From Octopus sinensis (Eukaryota): a DNA stretch of 64,000 bases. The translations under genes and the position numbers were made by a program. Shown here in pieces: positions 51,475 through 64,000 of the stretch. The DNA lies in the NCBI RefSeq assembly GCF_006345805.1, contig NC_043021.1, forward strand, positions 1,674,001 to 1,738,000, written 5' to 3'. Position 1 is the first letter of the stretch. Every line of letters begins with the position of its first letter. The notes beneath the pieces were generated by a model, which did no database searches, had not been told where the DNA came from, and was given only the letters and a program-made list of their open reading frames with translations.

Positions 51475-51885
51475 CGCAGGAGTGGCTGTGTGGTAAGTAG
51501 CTTGTTTACCAACCACATGGTTCCGGGTTCAGTCCCACTGCGTGGCATCTTGGGCAAGTGTCTTCTACTATAGCCTCGGGCCGACCAAGGCCTTGTGAGT
51601 GGATTTGGTAGACGGAAACTGAAAGAAGCCCGTCGTATATATGTATATATATATATATATATGTATGTATGTGTGTGTATATGTTTGTGTGTCTGTGTTT
51701 GTCCCCCTAGCATTGCTTGACAACCGATGCTGGTGTGTTTATGTCCCCGTCACTTAGCGGTTCGGCAAAAGAGACCGATAGAATAAGTACTGGGCTTACA
51801 AGGAATAAGTCCCGGGGTCGAGTTGCTCGATTAAAGGCGGTGCTCCAGCATGGCTGCAGTCAAATGACTGAAACAAGTAAAAGAG
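51475..51885 (+). mobile_element. tRNA-derived SINE family B (CORE-like segment, central microsatellite), representative copy
   Basis: GTGGCTGTGTGGTAAG...GGTTCAGTCCCACTGCGTGGCA..TTGGGCAAGTGTCTTC...GACTGAAACAAG. Other copies at 15829-16270, 21215-21600, 32135-32525, 46470-46870 (-), 53562-53975 and 56432-56800, plus fragments. Confidence 0.85.
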
Positions 51886-52533
51886 ACATGCATGCTAAAA
51901 CCTTAAATTCATTTTAAACCTATGCCTTAACTAATATATACGCACATATACAAATACATATATATATATACATATATATGTACACTCATAAATATATACA
52001 CATTTATACATACATACACGTACATACATTATATATATATATATTACATATACATTACGCACACACACACAGAGTCAGCCCTAGGGTTGCTGGTGTCCCC
52101 GGCAAGCTGAACTTCGATGCGTACAAGCTGAAGGTCGTGGAAATTTCCTTGTCTTCCTCACGCCCTCTTTGGCGCCCACTAACACGTAGCGCCCCGAGCA
52201 GCTGCCCGAGTGGCCCTGGATATATATATATATATACCTCTTTGTATGTACTTATATCATTTCATAAGAAAGTTTAAATCCTTTTTAATTAACTGCCATC
52301 GTTTCTTATGATATAAGAAAACAAACTCTGTATGTATATATATATATATATACACAACAGATCGAAATTGGTTCATTCACTACAGCTGTTTCAAACACGT
52401 TTTTTTTTTTTGGATGAAGCGAGTTATTACATCATGCGAAAAAAATGTTTTCTTCAGGTGAATACACGTGAATTCAACATCTTAAAAAAAACATATACCT
52501 GATTCACTTGAATCCTGAACTTTTATATATGTA

Positions 52534-52588
<55 letters not shown>

Positions 52589-52778
52589 TATGGCAATGCA
52601 AACAGGAAAAATAGAATCCAAAACATGAAGGTGCATATATATATATACATACATACGTACACATATTATATACATACATACATAGATATATATATATATA
52701 TACATACATACATATATATATATATACATACATACATATATATATACATACATACATATACATACATACATACATATA

Positions 52779-52828
<50 letters not shown>

Positions 52829-53730
52829 ACATATATATATATTAACTGTCCTACGAGTTCGGTTTCTGTTTGAAGCCTACGAAACTGACATGGGGCCGAA
52901 TCAAATTGTTTTTAATAATAACGTACGTGTGTGTGTGTGTGTGTGTATGAATCTGTGTATGCATAAATGAATGTATGTATGTACATTCTATCGAACAATC
53001 AGCTGACAACAGCAAAAAAAAAAAAAAAGAAAAAACAGTGTGGATACAGAAATTCATGCTGAAGTCTTTGTTTCAAACCCTTGTCTCGGTCTCATTAAAC
53101 CCATACGACATTTCCGCTCGCGCGTGTGTGTGTGTGTGTGTGTGCGTGTGTGAAAGCATGATGTATATATGTAACAATCATCGTCATCATCATTATCATC
53201 GTCATCATCATCATCATTATCATCAACATCATCATCATCATCATTGTTACCCTGAGACTCTCTTCTCCATATCTAATATTTCATTTACTTTGTATATAGA
53301 CCAAATTAAAATCACCGCCGTTAACGATCAAATTGTGAACGATGTTTTTCTTTTATTTTTCTATCAAACTGTCATGAGTTGTTGTTGTTGTTGCTATTGT
53401 TGTTTAGCCCATGGTCAGCTCTAACCAACCGGACCTATGACCAAATGCATTTCACTTAAAGCCATGATTAACCCTGCCTTTTGTTGTGCCCGAGCCAATT
53501 GATTGTTCCTTCTGCTCTCTTCCACATACACACACAATAGACAAATAGATAGATATATGCACAGGAGTGGCTGTGTGGTAAGTAGGTTGCTTACCAACCA
53601 CATGGTTCTGGGTTCAGTCCCACAGCGAGGCACTTTGGACAAGTGTCTTCTACTATGCTCTCAGGCTGACCAAAGCCCTGTGAGTGGATTTGGTAAATGG
53701 AAACTGAAAGAAGCCCGTCGTATATATATT

Positions 53731-53779
<49 letters not shown>

Positions 53780-54217
53780 ATTTGTGTGTCTGTGTTTGTT
53801 CCCACATCATCGCTTGACAACCGATGCCGGTGCGTTTACGTCCCCGTAACTCGGCGGCTCTGTAAAAGAGACCGATAGAATAAGTACTGGGCTTACAAAG
53901 AATAAGTCCTGGGGTCGATTTGCTCGACTAAAGGCGGTGCTCTAGCATGGCCACAGCCAAATGACTGAAACAAGTTTTTACTTGGGGTCAGTCATATAAC
54001 TGCGGCTATGTGGTTGTCGTCTGGTTTAAAAAGCCACATCAGACGCCATGATGGATCGAAGGTGTACAAGAGGCCGTCAGACTCCGCATAAAGAGTAGAC
54101 AACCACCACTAGATATATGAATGTAATTAATACTTTGGACTAAAAGCTATAGGTCAATTAATGTGCTTAAGCTTTGATTAGTGCACTGGCACAGTTTGGG
54201 CGACCTGTTGTCATCCG

Positions 54218-54450
54218 CGGCGAGCTGGCAGAAACGTTAGCACGCCGGGCGAAATGCGTAGCCGTATTTCGTCTGCCGTTACGTTCTGAGTTCAAATTCC
54301 GCCGAGGTCGACTTTGCCTTTCATCCTTTCGGGGTCGACTAAATAAAAACCAGTTATGCACTGGGGTCGATGTAATTGACTTAATCCGTTTGTCTGTCCT
54401 TGTTTGTCCTCTCTGTGTTTAGCCCCTTGTGGGTAATAAAGAAATAGGTA
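54218..54450 (+). mobile_element. tRNA-derived SINE family A (MetaSINE-like core), representative copy
   Basis: A-box TGGCAGAAACGTTAG, B-box GAGTTCAAATTCC, core GTCGACTTTGCCTTTCATCCTTTCGGGGTCG. Other copies near 2648-2873, 5282-5490, 6792-7010, 9195-9318, 10750-10900, 11310-11455, 13505-13660, 19205-19390, 22100-22258, 28655-28870, 33003-33180, 35985-36075 and 62635-62800. Confidence 0.85.
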
Positions 54451-54807
54451 TATTTCTGTTGGATCTTCTGCAGAAACCCTGGGATAATTATATTAATTAA
54501 GCAACAAAAAGATAGATTTGGTATTAAAATTTATTCTGTACAAAGTTCGTTTGCATTTCTGCAGTCTTCTTTGCATTGTATTCATTCCTTAACTCTGAGG
54601 TTCTCAAACTTTTCGAAAAATTTTACGTGGAAGACATGATATTATAACGAAAGGTTTCAATTTCAGAGAAAGGATTTTTTGCTGGGAATGCAGAGGAAGC
54701 GAGTTCGTTGTATTTTCGCAACCAGGTCAATTGCTTTGTGCAATAATGACATGTTTTATAAAGCTTAAAGGATCGGTCAAGTTTTCTTTATCTTTAACCA
54801 TTTTACA

Positions 54808-55029
54808 TACGATGGAGTGCAGCAAAGTTCCTGGATTTTAAGGGTATCGCGAAGGCCTTGTTTGGAGGCCGAACCTTCTGAGTTCTTTTGCAGGGATTAG
54901 AAAAACTGAAGGACCACAGCAATAAGTGTGTGAATCTGAGAGGGGAGTGTGTTAAATAAAATCATAATTAACTGATCCGCTTGTATTTTCTATTACCCAA
55001 AGCCAGGGAGTTTTCAGCACCTCTTCGTA
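54808..55029 (+). mobile_element. Mariner MITE (~220 bp) with TA duplication
   Basis: TAcgatggagtgcagcaaagttcctgg ... ccagggagttttcagcacctcttcgTA TIRs; internal remnant QGLEKL...KCVNLRGECVK* of a mariner C-terminus. Confidence 0.75.
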
Positions 55030-55591
55030 TATTTGTGTATGTGTGTGTGTGTGTGTAAATTACATAAATATATGAAAAACCTTTAATCAATGCTGGAGGA
55101 GACAAAATCTGTAAGGCAATGTCAATAAAGAAAAAGAAAAGATATTGCATTATCTTACATGAATTGTTTAATGATCCTATATTTTGGGAAAAATCTCCCT
55201 TTTCAAGTATAAGAAATTAAGCGGAGTTCAAAGACACAAGATCCCTTTCTCCAAAGCCCTCTCCCTTCTCGAAGGATCTTTGTTTTGCAAGTTACTTGGT
55301 GACCCTGCATGGCACCTTGGGCAAATGTGTTCTACTATAGCTTCAGGCAGACCAAAGCCATACGAGTGGATTTGTTAGATGAAAAACCATGCCAAACTGT
55401 CTGGATCAAAAATCGTTGAACTTGGATTCTTGGAGAAAGAACGTTGCCCCTGGATAGAAATATGCAAAACCTTTTTAAAATCTGAGGAGGGAAATGACTG
55501 CATGATGATGGACGACGAAGAAAACAGGGGCCCTTTTCTTTACAGCTTGGTGCAACTCCACCACCAGTTAGGAAGGGAAGATGAATATACA

Positions 55592-56354
55592 TACATTGCC
55601 TGATCAATAAGTATCCGGACTGTTGCTATAGTATCGAAGCTAAAGCACGCAGTGAAGCCGCTTGGCACAGATTGACCTTGAACTCTGCTGTGCATGCGCA
55701 CTAAGTTTTAACATTCTAGCTCACTTCCGCTGCTAACAGCAGCGTTTGGAAGGAAGATGTGTAGCGGGTGATCGTTGCATTGATCATGACAGAAAGTTGA
55801 GCAGAGAATCTGCATCAAATTTTGCCAAAAGCTTGGCGATACCAGTTCAGAGGCCTACGCCAAGTTTTCAACGTTCTCGACACAGGACTGAACTGAACCG
55901 CCACTAATCTGCACATCCTCTGATAACTCACGGATGGTGATTCGACGATTCCCCCTTTCCAGCTGCGATGTCTTACTCAGTTCTGCTGGTTGCGAATCTC
56001 CGAGAACGTTCGTCAATATCAACATTTTTTTCAGTCATCCTGGAAACGTGTGAACCACTCGCACACTTGTGTGCGACTCATGCACTCCTCTCCATACACT
56101 TTCTGCCACTCTGCGTAGGCCCCCTCAGCAGGTATCGCCATGACTTTTTCTGTCGTGGTCAATGCGACGAACACACACAATACACACGTTCCTTCCAAGC
56201 ATTGCTGTAAACAGTGGAAGAGAGCAGGAACGTTACAACTTAGTGCGCATGCACAGCAGAGTTTAAGGTCAATCTGTGCCAAGCGGCTTCACTCTGCGTG
56301 CTTTAGCTTCGTTACTATAGCAACAGTCCGGATACTTATTGATCAGACCCTCTA
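55592..56354. mobile_element. Mariner-derived palindromic element built from two 5' ends
   Basis: TA...TA flanks; CTGATCAATAAGTATCCGGACTGTTGCTATAGT inverted at both ends. The + arm encodes EQRICIKFCQKLGDT..EAYAK and the - arm KVYGEECMSRTQVCEWF.RF...RRITIRELSEDVQIS. Confidence 0.85.
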
Positions 56355-57829
56355 CATTGCTTACATAATGCAAGCGTACATACTCACACATATACATGAA
56401 ATGAATACGTTACACACACATACTAGAATTTATACGTGGCTGTGTAATAAGAAGCTTACTTTCCAACCACATGGTTCCGGGTTCAGTCCCACTGCATGGC
56501 ACCTTGGGCAAGTGTGTTCTACTATAGCTTCAGGCAGACCAAAGCCATACGAGTGAATTTGGTAGATGGAAACTGAAAGAAGCCTGTCGTATATATGTGT
56601 GTGTCACCCCATACCCCTCGACAACCAGGTGCTGGTGTTTACATCCCCATCACCTAGCAGTTTGGCAAATGAAGCCGATAAAATAAGTACTAGACTTTAA
56701 AGAAACAAAGAAAATCCTGGGGTGCATTTGTTCAACTGAAACCCTTGAAGGTGGTGCTCCAGCATGGCCGCAATCAAGCTCCAGCATGGCTGACAGAAAC
56801 AAGACTATATCTCTCTCTATACACACACAAGGGTGAAGATTCAATGTAGGCCAAGAGATCATCTAATGGTGGAACATAATCCAAGAAGGTAATCCACTAG
56901 AAAGATAATCCAATAATCAAAGTAATACCCAAGTATCCGTTCGATATAAAGATACCTTTGATGAAAAAGGGATCATTTACCATCATTCCATACCGTTTGG
57001 ATGCAAGCCAGCAGGGCTCACTCAGAGCTTAAATGCAGAGTGCCAGAGTCATTATTCCAGTGTATTTTCTGGGTTCAAATTCCGCCAAAGTTGATAAATT
57101 AAGTACCAGTGAAATACTGGGGGTTGATGTAATCGACAACTCCACACCCCACAATTTTGAGGCCTTGTGCCTCCAGTAGAAAGGGTTATTCCAGTGGCTT
57201 TGATGCTGTTTTGTTCCTCATTCTCCATTAGCAGACACTGCCCTTCACTTCAGACAAGACAATCCAAACATCTAGTAACTTATATTAAACGAACATTATT
57301 GGAATATTTGAGAAGACAATCCTAATCTAATTACATTTTACAATTTTGGTTGGCGTTTAGTAACTGACTTAATAGTTTATGCCAGATATTAGTATTGTGT
57401 TTAGGTTGGTTAAAAAAAAGGCAGACTTTAGCAGAATCGTTGTAGCTCAAAAGTATTGGCTTATCAAGCAGGTGTTTCATTCAAACTTCTGTTACTGCTC
57501 TTTGAGATTCACGTCCTCATATTCTTCCTTACACCTTGACACATCCTTATGACCATCTTCTCTGTCTTTTTACAGATGCGGTGACCATGTGTCACATCTG
57601 CAACAAAACACTTGAGCTCGCCACCCCCACCACCACCTCATCATACTTTAACCTTTTTATCACTTGGTATAAAGCCACCTACCTCGATACTACTACTCCT
57701 CTCAGTTCAAGGGACTTGTCCTGTGCTTTACATAGTCACCCCAAAGGTGTTGGTGCCACATAAAAAGCACCCTGTACACTCTGTAAAGTGGTTGACATTA
57801 GGAGGGGCATCCGGCCATAGAAACCATAC

Positions 57830-60800
57830 CAAAGCAGAAATTGATGTTTGGCTCTGTCTTCTGTCTTACCATGTCCTCTCGATCCATCTGACCCATGCCA
57901 GCAAAGCAGAAATTGATGTTTGGCTCTGTCTTCTGTCTTACCATGTCCTCTCGATCCATCTGACCCATGCCAGCAAAGCAGAAATTGATGTTTGGCTCTG
58001 TCTTCTGTCTTACCATGTCCTCTCGATCCATCTGACCCATGCCAGCAAAGCAGAAATTGTGTTTGTCTGCTTTCTTCGTCTTACCATGTCCTCTCGATCC
58101 ATCTGACCCATGCCAGCAAAGCAAGAAATTGATGTTTGCTCTCTGTTACCATGTCCTCTCGATCCATCTGAACATGCCAGCAAAGCAAAGAAGAAATTGA
58201 TGTTTGGCTCTGTCTTCTGTCTTACCATGTCCTCTCGATCCATCTGACCCATGCCAGCAAAGCAGAAATTGATGTTTGGCTCTGTCTTCTGTCTTACCAT
58301 GTCCTCTCGATCCATCTGACCCATGCCAGCAAAGCAGAAATTGATTGTTTGGCTCTGTCTTCTGTCTTACCATGTCCTCTCGATCCATCTGACCCATGCC
58401 AGCAAAGCAGAAATTGATGTTTGGCTCTGTCTTGTCTTACCATGTCCTCTCGATCTGACCCATGCCAGCAAAGCAGAAATTGATGTTTGGCTCTGTCTTC
58501 TGTCTTACCATGTCCTCTCGATCCATCTGACCCATGCCAGAAAGCAGAATTGATGTTTGGCTCTGTCTTCTGTCTTACCATGTCCTCTCGATCCATCTGA
58601 CCCATGCCAGCAAAGCAGAAATTGATGTTTGGCTCTGTCTTCTGTCTTACCATGTCCTCTCGATCCATCTGACCCATGCCAGCAAAGCAGAAATTGATGT
58701 TTGGCTCTGTCTTCTGTCTTACCATGTCCTCTCGATCCATCTGACCATGCCAGCAAAGCAGAAATTGATGTTTGGCTCTGTTTCTGTCTTACCATGTCCT
58801 CTCATCCATCTGACCCATGCCAGCAAAGCAGAAATTGATGTTTGGCTCAGTCTTCTGTCTCACCATGTCCTCTCGATCCATCTGACCCATGCCAGCAAAG
58901 CAGAAATTGATGTTTGGCTCTGTCTTCTGTCTTACCCTGTCCTCTCTCGATCCATCTGACCCATGCCAGCAAAGCAGAAATTGATGTTTGGCTCTGTCTT
59001 CTGTCTTACCATGTCCTCTCGATCCATCTGACCCATGCCAGCAAAGCAGAAATTGATGTGGGCTCTGTCTTCTGTCTCACCATGTCCTCTCGATCCATCT
59101 GACCCATGCCAGCAAAGCAGAAATTGATGTTTGGCTCTGTCTTCGTCTTACCATGTCCTCTCGATCCATCTGACCCATGCCAGCAAAGCAGAAATTGATG
59201 TTTGCTCAGTCTTCTGTCTCACCATGTCCTCTCGATCCATCTGACCATGCCAGCAAAGCGAGAAATTGATGTTTGGCTCTGTCTTCTGTTTACCATGTCC
59301 TCTCGATCCATCTGACCCATGCCAGCAAAGCAGAAATTGATGTTTGGCTCTGTCTTCTGTCTTACCATGTCCTCTCGATCCATCTGACCCATGCCAGCAA
59401 AGCAGAAATTGATGTTTGGCTCTGTCTTCTGTCTTACCATGTCCTCTCGATCCATCTGACCCATGCCAGCAAAGCAGAAAAATGATGTTGGCTCTGTCTT
59501 CTGTCTCACATGTCACTCTCGATCCATCTGACCCATGCCAGCAAAGCAGAAATTGATTTTTTGGCTCTGTCTTCTGTCTTACCATGTCCTCTCGATCCAT
59601 CTGACCCATGCCAGCAAAGCAGAAATTGATGTTTGCTCTGCTTCTGTCTCACCATGTCCTCTCGATCCATCTGACCCATGCCAGCAAAGCAGAAATTGTT
59701 GTTGGCTCTGTCTTCTGTCTTACCATGTTCCTCTCGATCCATCTGACCCATGCCAGCAAAGCAGAAATTGATGTTTGGCTCTGTCTTCTGTCTTACCATG
59801 TCCTCTCGATCCATCTGACCCATGCCAGCAAAGCAGAAATTGATGTTTGGCTCTGTCTTCTGTCTCACCATGTCCTCTCGATCCATCTGACCCATGCCAG
59901 CAAAGCAGAAATGATGTTTTGGCTCTGTTTCTGTCTTACCATGTCCTCTCGATCCATCTGACCATGCCAGCAAAGCAGAAATTGATGTTTGGCTCTGTCT
60001 TCTGTCTTACCATGTCCTCTCGATCATCTGACCCATGCCAGCAAAGCAGAAATGATGTTTTGGCTCTGTCTTCTGTCTCACCATGTCCTCTCGATCCATC
60101 TGACCCATGCCAGCAAAGCAGAAATTGATGTTTGGCTCTGTTTCTGTCTTACCATGTCCTCTCGATCCATCTGACCCATGCCGGCAAAGCAGAAATTGAT
60201 GTTTGGCTCTGTCTTCTGTCTTACCATGTCCTCTCGATCCATCTGACCCATGCCAGCAAAGCAGAAATTGATGTTTGCTCTGTCTTCTGTCTTACACATG
60301 TCCTCTCGATCCATCTGACCCATGCCAGCAAAGCAGAAATTGATGTTTGGCTCTGTCTTCTGTCTCACCATGTCCTCTCGATCCATCTGACCCATGCCAG
60401 CAAAGCAAAATTGATGTTTGGCTCTGTCTTCTGTCTTACCATGTCTCTCGATCCATCTGACCCATGCCAGCAAAGCAGAAATTGATGTTTGGCTCTGTCT
60501 TCTGTCTTACCATGTCCTCTCGATCCATCTGACCCATGCCAGCAAAGCAGAATTGATGTTTGGCTCTGTCTTCTGTCTTACCATGTCCTCTCGATCCATC
60601 TGACCCATGCCAGCAAAGCAGAAATTGATGTTTGGCTCTGTCTTCTGTCTCACCATGTCCTCTCGATCCATCTGACCCATGCCAGCAAGCAGAAATTGAT
60701 GTTGGCTCTGTCTTCTGTCTCACCATGTCCTCTCGATCCATCTGACCATGCCGGCAAAGCAGAAATTGATGTTTGGCTCTGTCTTCTGTCTCACCATGTC

Positions 60801-61547
60801 CTCTCGATCCATCTGACCCATGCCAGCAAAGCAGAAATTGATGTTTGGCTCTGTCTTCTGTCTCACCATGTCCTCTCGATCCATCTGACCCATGCCAGCA
60901 AAGCAGAAATTGATGTTTGGCTCTGTCTTCTGTCTTACCATGTCCTCTCGATCCATCTGACCCATGCCAGCAAAGCAGAAATTGATGTTTGGCTCTGTCT
61001 TCTGTCTTACCATGTCCTCTCGATCCATCTGACCCATGCCAGCAAAGCAGAAATTGATGTTTGGCTCTTGTCTTCTGTCTTACCATGTCCTCTCGATCCA
61101 TCTGACCCATGCCAGCAAAGCAGAAATTGATGTTTGGCTCTGTCTTCTGTCTCACCATGTCCTCTCGATCCATCTGACCCATGCCAGCAAAGCAGAAATT
61201 GATGTTTGGCTCTGTCTTCTGTCTTACCATGTCCTCTCGATCCATCTGACCCATGCCAGCAAAGCAGAAATTGATGTTTGGCTCTGTCTTCTGTCTTACC
61301 ATGTCCTCTCGATCCATCTGACCCATGCCAGCAAAGCAGAAATTGATGTTTGGCTCTGTCTTCTGTCTTACCATGTCCTCTCGATCCATCTGACCCATGC
61401 CAGCAAAGCAGAAATTGATGTTTGGCTCTGTCTTCTGTCTCACCATGTCCTCTCGATCCATCTGACCCATGCCAGCAAAGCAGAAATTGATGTTTGGCTC
61501 TGTCTTCTGTCTCACCATGTCCTCTCGATCCATCTGACCCATGCCGG
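57830..61547. repeat. 72-bp tandem satellite, ~52 copies, inside a SINE family D copy
   Basis: Unit CAAAGCAGAAATTGATGTTTGGCTCTGTCTTCTGTCTTACCATGTCCTCTCGATCCATCTGACCCATGCCAG. Flanks continue the SINE: ...GGCATCCGGCCATAGAAACCATAC on the left, CCATGCCGGCATGGAA on the right. Confidence 0.95.
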
Positions 61548-61904
61548 CATGGAATGCAGACAACAAACACTGATGCTGCTAATGATGACAATTAGTATAG
61601 CATTTAAGATGAAAAAAAAAGATTGTTTACCATCATTCCATACCTTTTCTATGCAAGCCAGCAGGGCTCACGCAGAGCACCAATTTTTTTTGAGCACCCC
61701 CAGAGGAACCATGCAGACCAAAACAACCAGAAAGGGCTATTTATTTTACAGTTGAGTTACACACTTTAGGGTTAGGGTTACTCTGTCAAGCCTAATGCTT
61801 ATTCATTCATATTGTTTTGAATCAATCATGCCTTACCTTGTAGCTAAGACATTTTCATGATGTGATATGCTTGAGAAGACCTGTTAAGTAAAACCAAAAT
61901 CATA

Positions 61905-62160
61905 GCTATGGCCAGTGCCCCCTGATTGGCTCCTGTTCTGGTGGCATGTAAAAAGCACCATCCAAATGTGGATATGCCAGTACCCACTGACTGGCTCTTG
62001 TGCCAGTGGCACATAAAAAGCACTATCCGAACGCAATTGATGCTAGGACCTCCTGACTAGCTTCTGTGCCGGTGGCATATAAAAAGCACTATCTGAACGT
62101 GATTGATGCCAGGCCCACCCGACTGGCTCCTGTGCTAGTGGCATGTAAAAAGCACCCATT
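61905..62160 (+). repeat. ~62-bp degenerate tandem repeat x4 forming the head of a SINE family D copy
   Basis: CTGACTGGCTCCTGTGCC.GTGGCA..TAAAAAGCAC recurs four times. Confidence 0.75.
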
Positions 62161-63318
62161 ACACTCATCAAGTGGTTGGCATTAGGAAGGGCATCCAGCT
62201 GTAGAAACATTGCCAGATCAGATTGGAGCCTGGTGCAGCCATCTGGCTCTCCAGACCTCAGTCAAAACCGTCCAACCCAAACCAGCATGGAAAGCGAACA
62301 CGAAAACAATGATGATGATTGCTTAGTTTTAGAAAGATATTGTAGGATAAGCATGAAAGGCCAGATCTGGCCAGCTTTAACATAAAACTGGTTGAACATT
62401 TAGGCTGGTTTAAATGCTAAGAAGTTCAGCTTAGGTGAACTGTGTCATGGTTGTCTCATGTCTCTGCTAAGTGTCCTCTTATGGGAGACTGAACGGAAAG
62501 CATGGGGAAAGGAGATGTTAAGATGGAGATGTGACTCTCCGACTTATTGGATCCTGTCAAAACGTCCGACCCATGATAACATGGAAAGCAGGTACAAAAT
62601 GATGATGATGATAACGATGGTAGTGATGGTGATGTTCCGAGTTCAAATTCCGCCAAGGACGACTTTGCCTTTCATCCTTTCGGGGTCGATTAAATAAGTA
62701 CCAGTTATGCACTGGGGATGATATAATTGACTTAATCCATATGTCTGTCCTTGTTTGTCCCCCCTGTGTTTAGCCCCTTGTGGGTAGTAAAGAAATAGGT
62801 GATAATGATGATGATGATGGTGGTGGTGATGGTAATGATGATGATAACTGTGATGACATGTTGGTGTGGTCATTTACATTTACACTTCTCCAAAAGTTGC
62901 TGAGCAACAAGTCAAGACTTGCTGTTGTTTTTCTTGTCAACTGATCCCCTAAATATCCTTTGCCTGAAAAAGCAGGTAAGAGTTAGCAACAGGAAGAGCA
63001 TCTGGCTGGGGTAAAAAAAACAAAATCGTCATAATATATTCATCTAACCCATGCAAGCATGGAAAAATAGATGTAAAACTGGGAAGAAGGAACAAATGGC
63101 ATGTATTATGCAATTACACATGTGGATGGGTCAGAAAGAAATATAAATAAAGACAGAAAAAAATTCATATTGTATTATATTTTATATATACATAATATAT
63201 ATATATACATGTATATACATATCTTCATAGTTATACACCCTCACACAAATAGATATTATATAGGCTCAGTCACAAATATAATCAGGACTTGAATACACAC
63301 CCATACACATACATTCAT

Positions 63319-63718
63319 AGTAGAGATTGTTTGCCAACATAACATGGCATTCCTGGTTTAGGACGAATGTTGCTGTAATTTAGCCCCAGGAGACATTGTC
63401 TCCAGCTGGCTATACAACACGATCTCTGTCCTTATATTTTCAAACAAGGGAATCTAGCTAGCACCCCCATTCAGCTCAAAACAATATCTCTAGCCAAACA
63501 ATTATTCTGTGCTGATGAAGGGAAATAACCCGGAAATCGTGATACACAGATATTGTTGTAAGTTGAGTGGGGGTCCTAGCTAGAGTCCCTTGTTTGAAAA
63601 TATAAGGACACAGACCGTGTCGTATAGCCAGCTGTAGACAATGTCTCCTGGGGCTAAATTAAGGCAACATTCATCCTAAACCAGGACTGCCATGTTACGT
63701 TGGCAAACAATCTTTACT
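63319..63718. mobile_element. ~400-bp fold-back element with ~171-bp inverted arms (Penelope-derived or MITE-like)
   Basis: 63319-63489 is the reverse complement of 63548-63718 with scattered mismatches; the ~58-nt spacer holds most of a hammerhead. Confidence 0.8.
63506..63550 (+). ncRNA. Minimal type I hammerhead ribozyme in the spacer of a long inverted repeat
   Basis: Helix I UCUGUG/CACAGA (6 bp); CUGAUGA 63512-63518; helix II GGG/CCC with AAAUAA loop; GAA; helix III AUC/GAU; AUA triplet, predicted cut after A63544. Confidence 0.75.
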
Positions 63719-63879
63719 CCAAAGGACTGTTGCTGAATATCTCATGTTGTGAGATTTAAAAATAGTAATTTTCTAACATACATTCATGTATGTATGTATG
63801 TATGTGTGTGTGTGTGTATATAAATATATATATACACACATATATATATACACACACACATATATATACAGACGTTATG

Positions 63880-63921
<42 letters not shown>

Positions 63922-63941
63922 TGTATACATCTATATATATA

Positions 63942-63973
<32 letters not shown>

Positions 63974-64000
63974 GATGTATACATCTATATATATATATAT

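Noticed and set aside
57577-57763. Acceptor-like site followed by an open frame (DAVTMCHICNK...)
   Set aside because: It runs into SINE sequence, has no good donor and no homology; probably a decayed LINE fragment.
57830-61547. Long ORFs (up to 376 aa) and a CRISPR-like look in the 72-bp array
   Set aside because: Units are contiguous with no unique spacers and there are no cas genes. The ORFs arise because the unit is a stop-free multiple of 3 derived from a SINE, and frames switch at frequent indels.

Overview
Eukaryotic, repeat- and microsatellite-dense DNA. The SINE families and repeat landscape point to a coleoid cephalopod, probably Octopus (inference). There is a 100-N assembly gap at 20523-20622. 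Two protein-coding loci are well supported, both on the + strand. The first is the last exon of an NADH-cytochrome b5 reductase (1756-1928). The second is a nine-exon gene I assembled by hand (38810-51313, 629 aa, all intron phases compatible). It encodes a type I membrane protein with a signal peptide, one strongly basic MEGF10/Draper-type EMI domain, no detectable EGF repeats, an S/T-rich stalk, one TM helix and a ~420-aa acidic tail with 16 tyrosines. The rest is mobile DNA: four SINE families, Dong/R4, CR1 and Tx1-like LINE fragments, Tc1/mariner and hAT derivatives, and a ~3.7-kb 72-bp satellite grown inside a SINE. The least expected signal is a set of type I hammerhead ribozyme folds in Penelope-like non-autonomous repeats. 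Four keep the full catalytic core with well-formed helices I and II (1062-1107 +, whose helix III has no loop; 26016-26057 -; 40763-40844 +; 63506-63550 +). One keeps the core but has helix mismatches (39753-39838 +), and two have core mutations. Two of them lie sense-strand in the introns on either side of the symmetric EMI exon 2. All folds and gene models were read by eye; none was confirmed by search or expression data.
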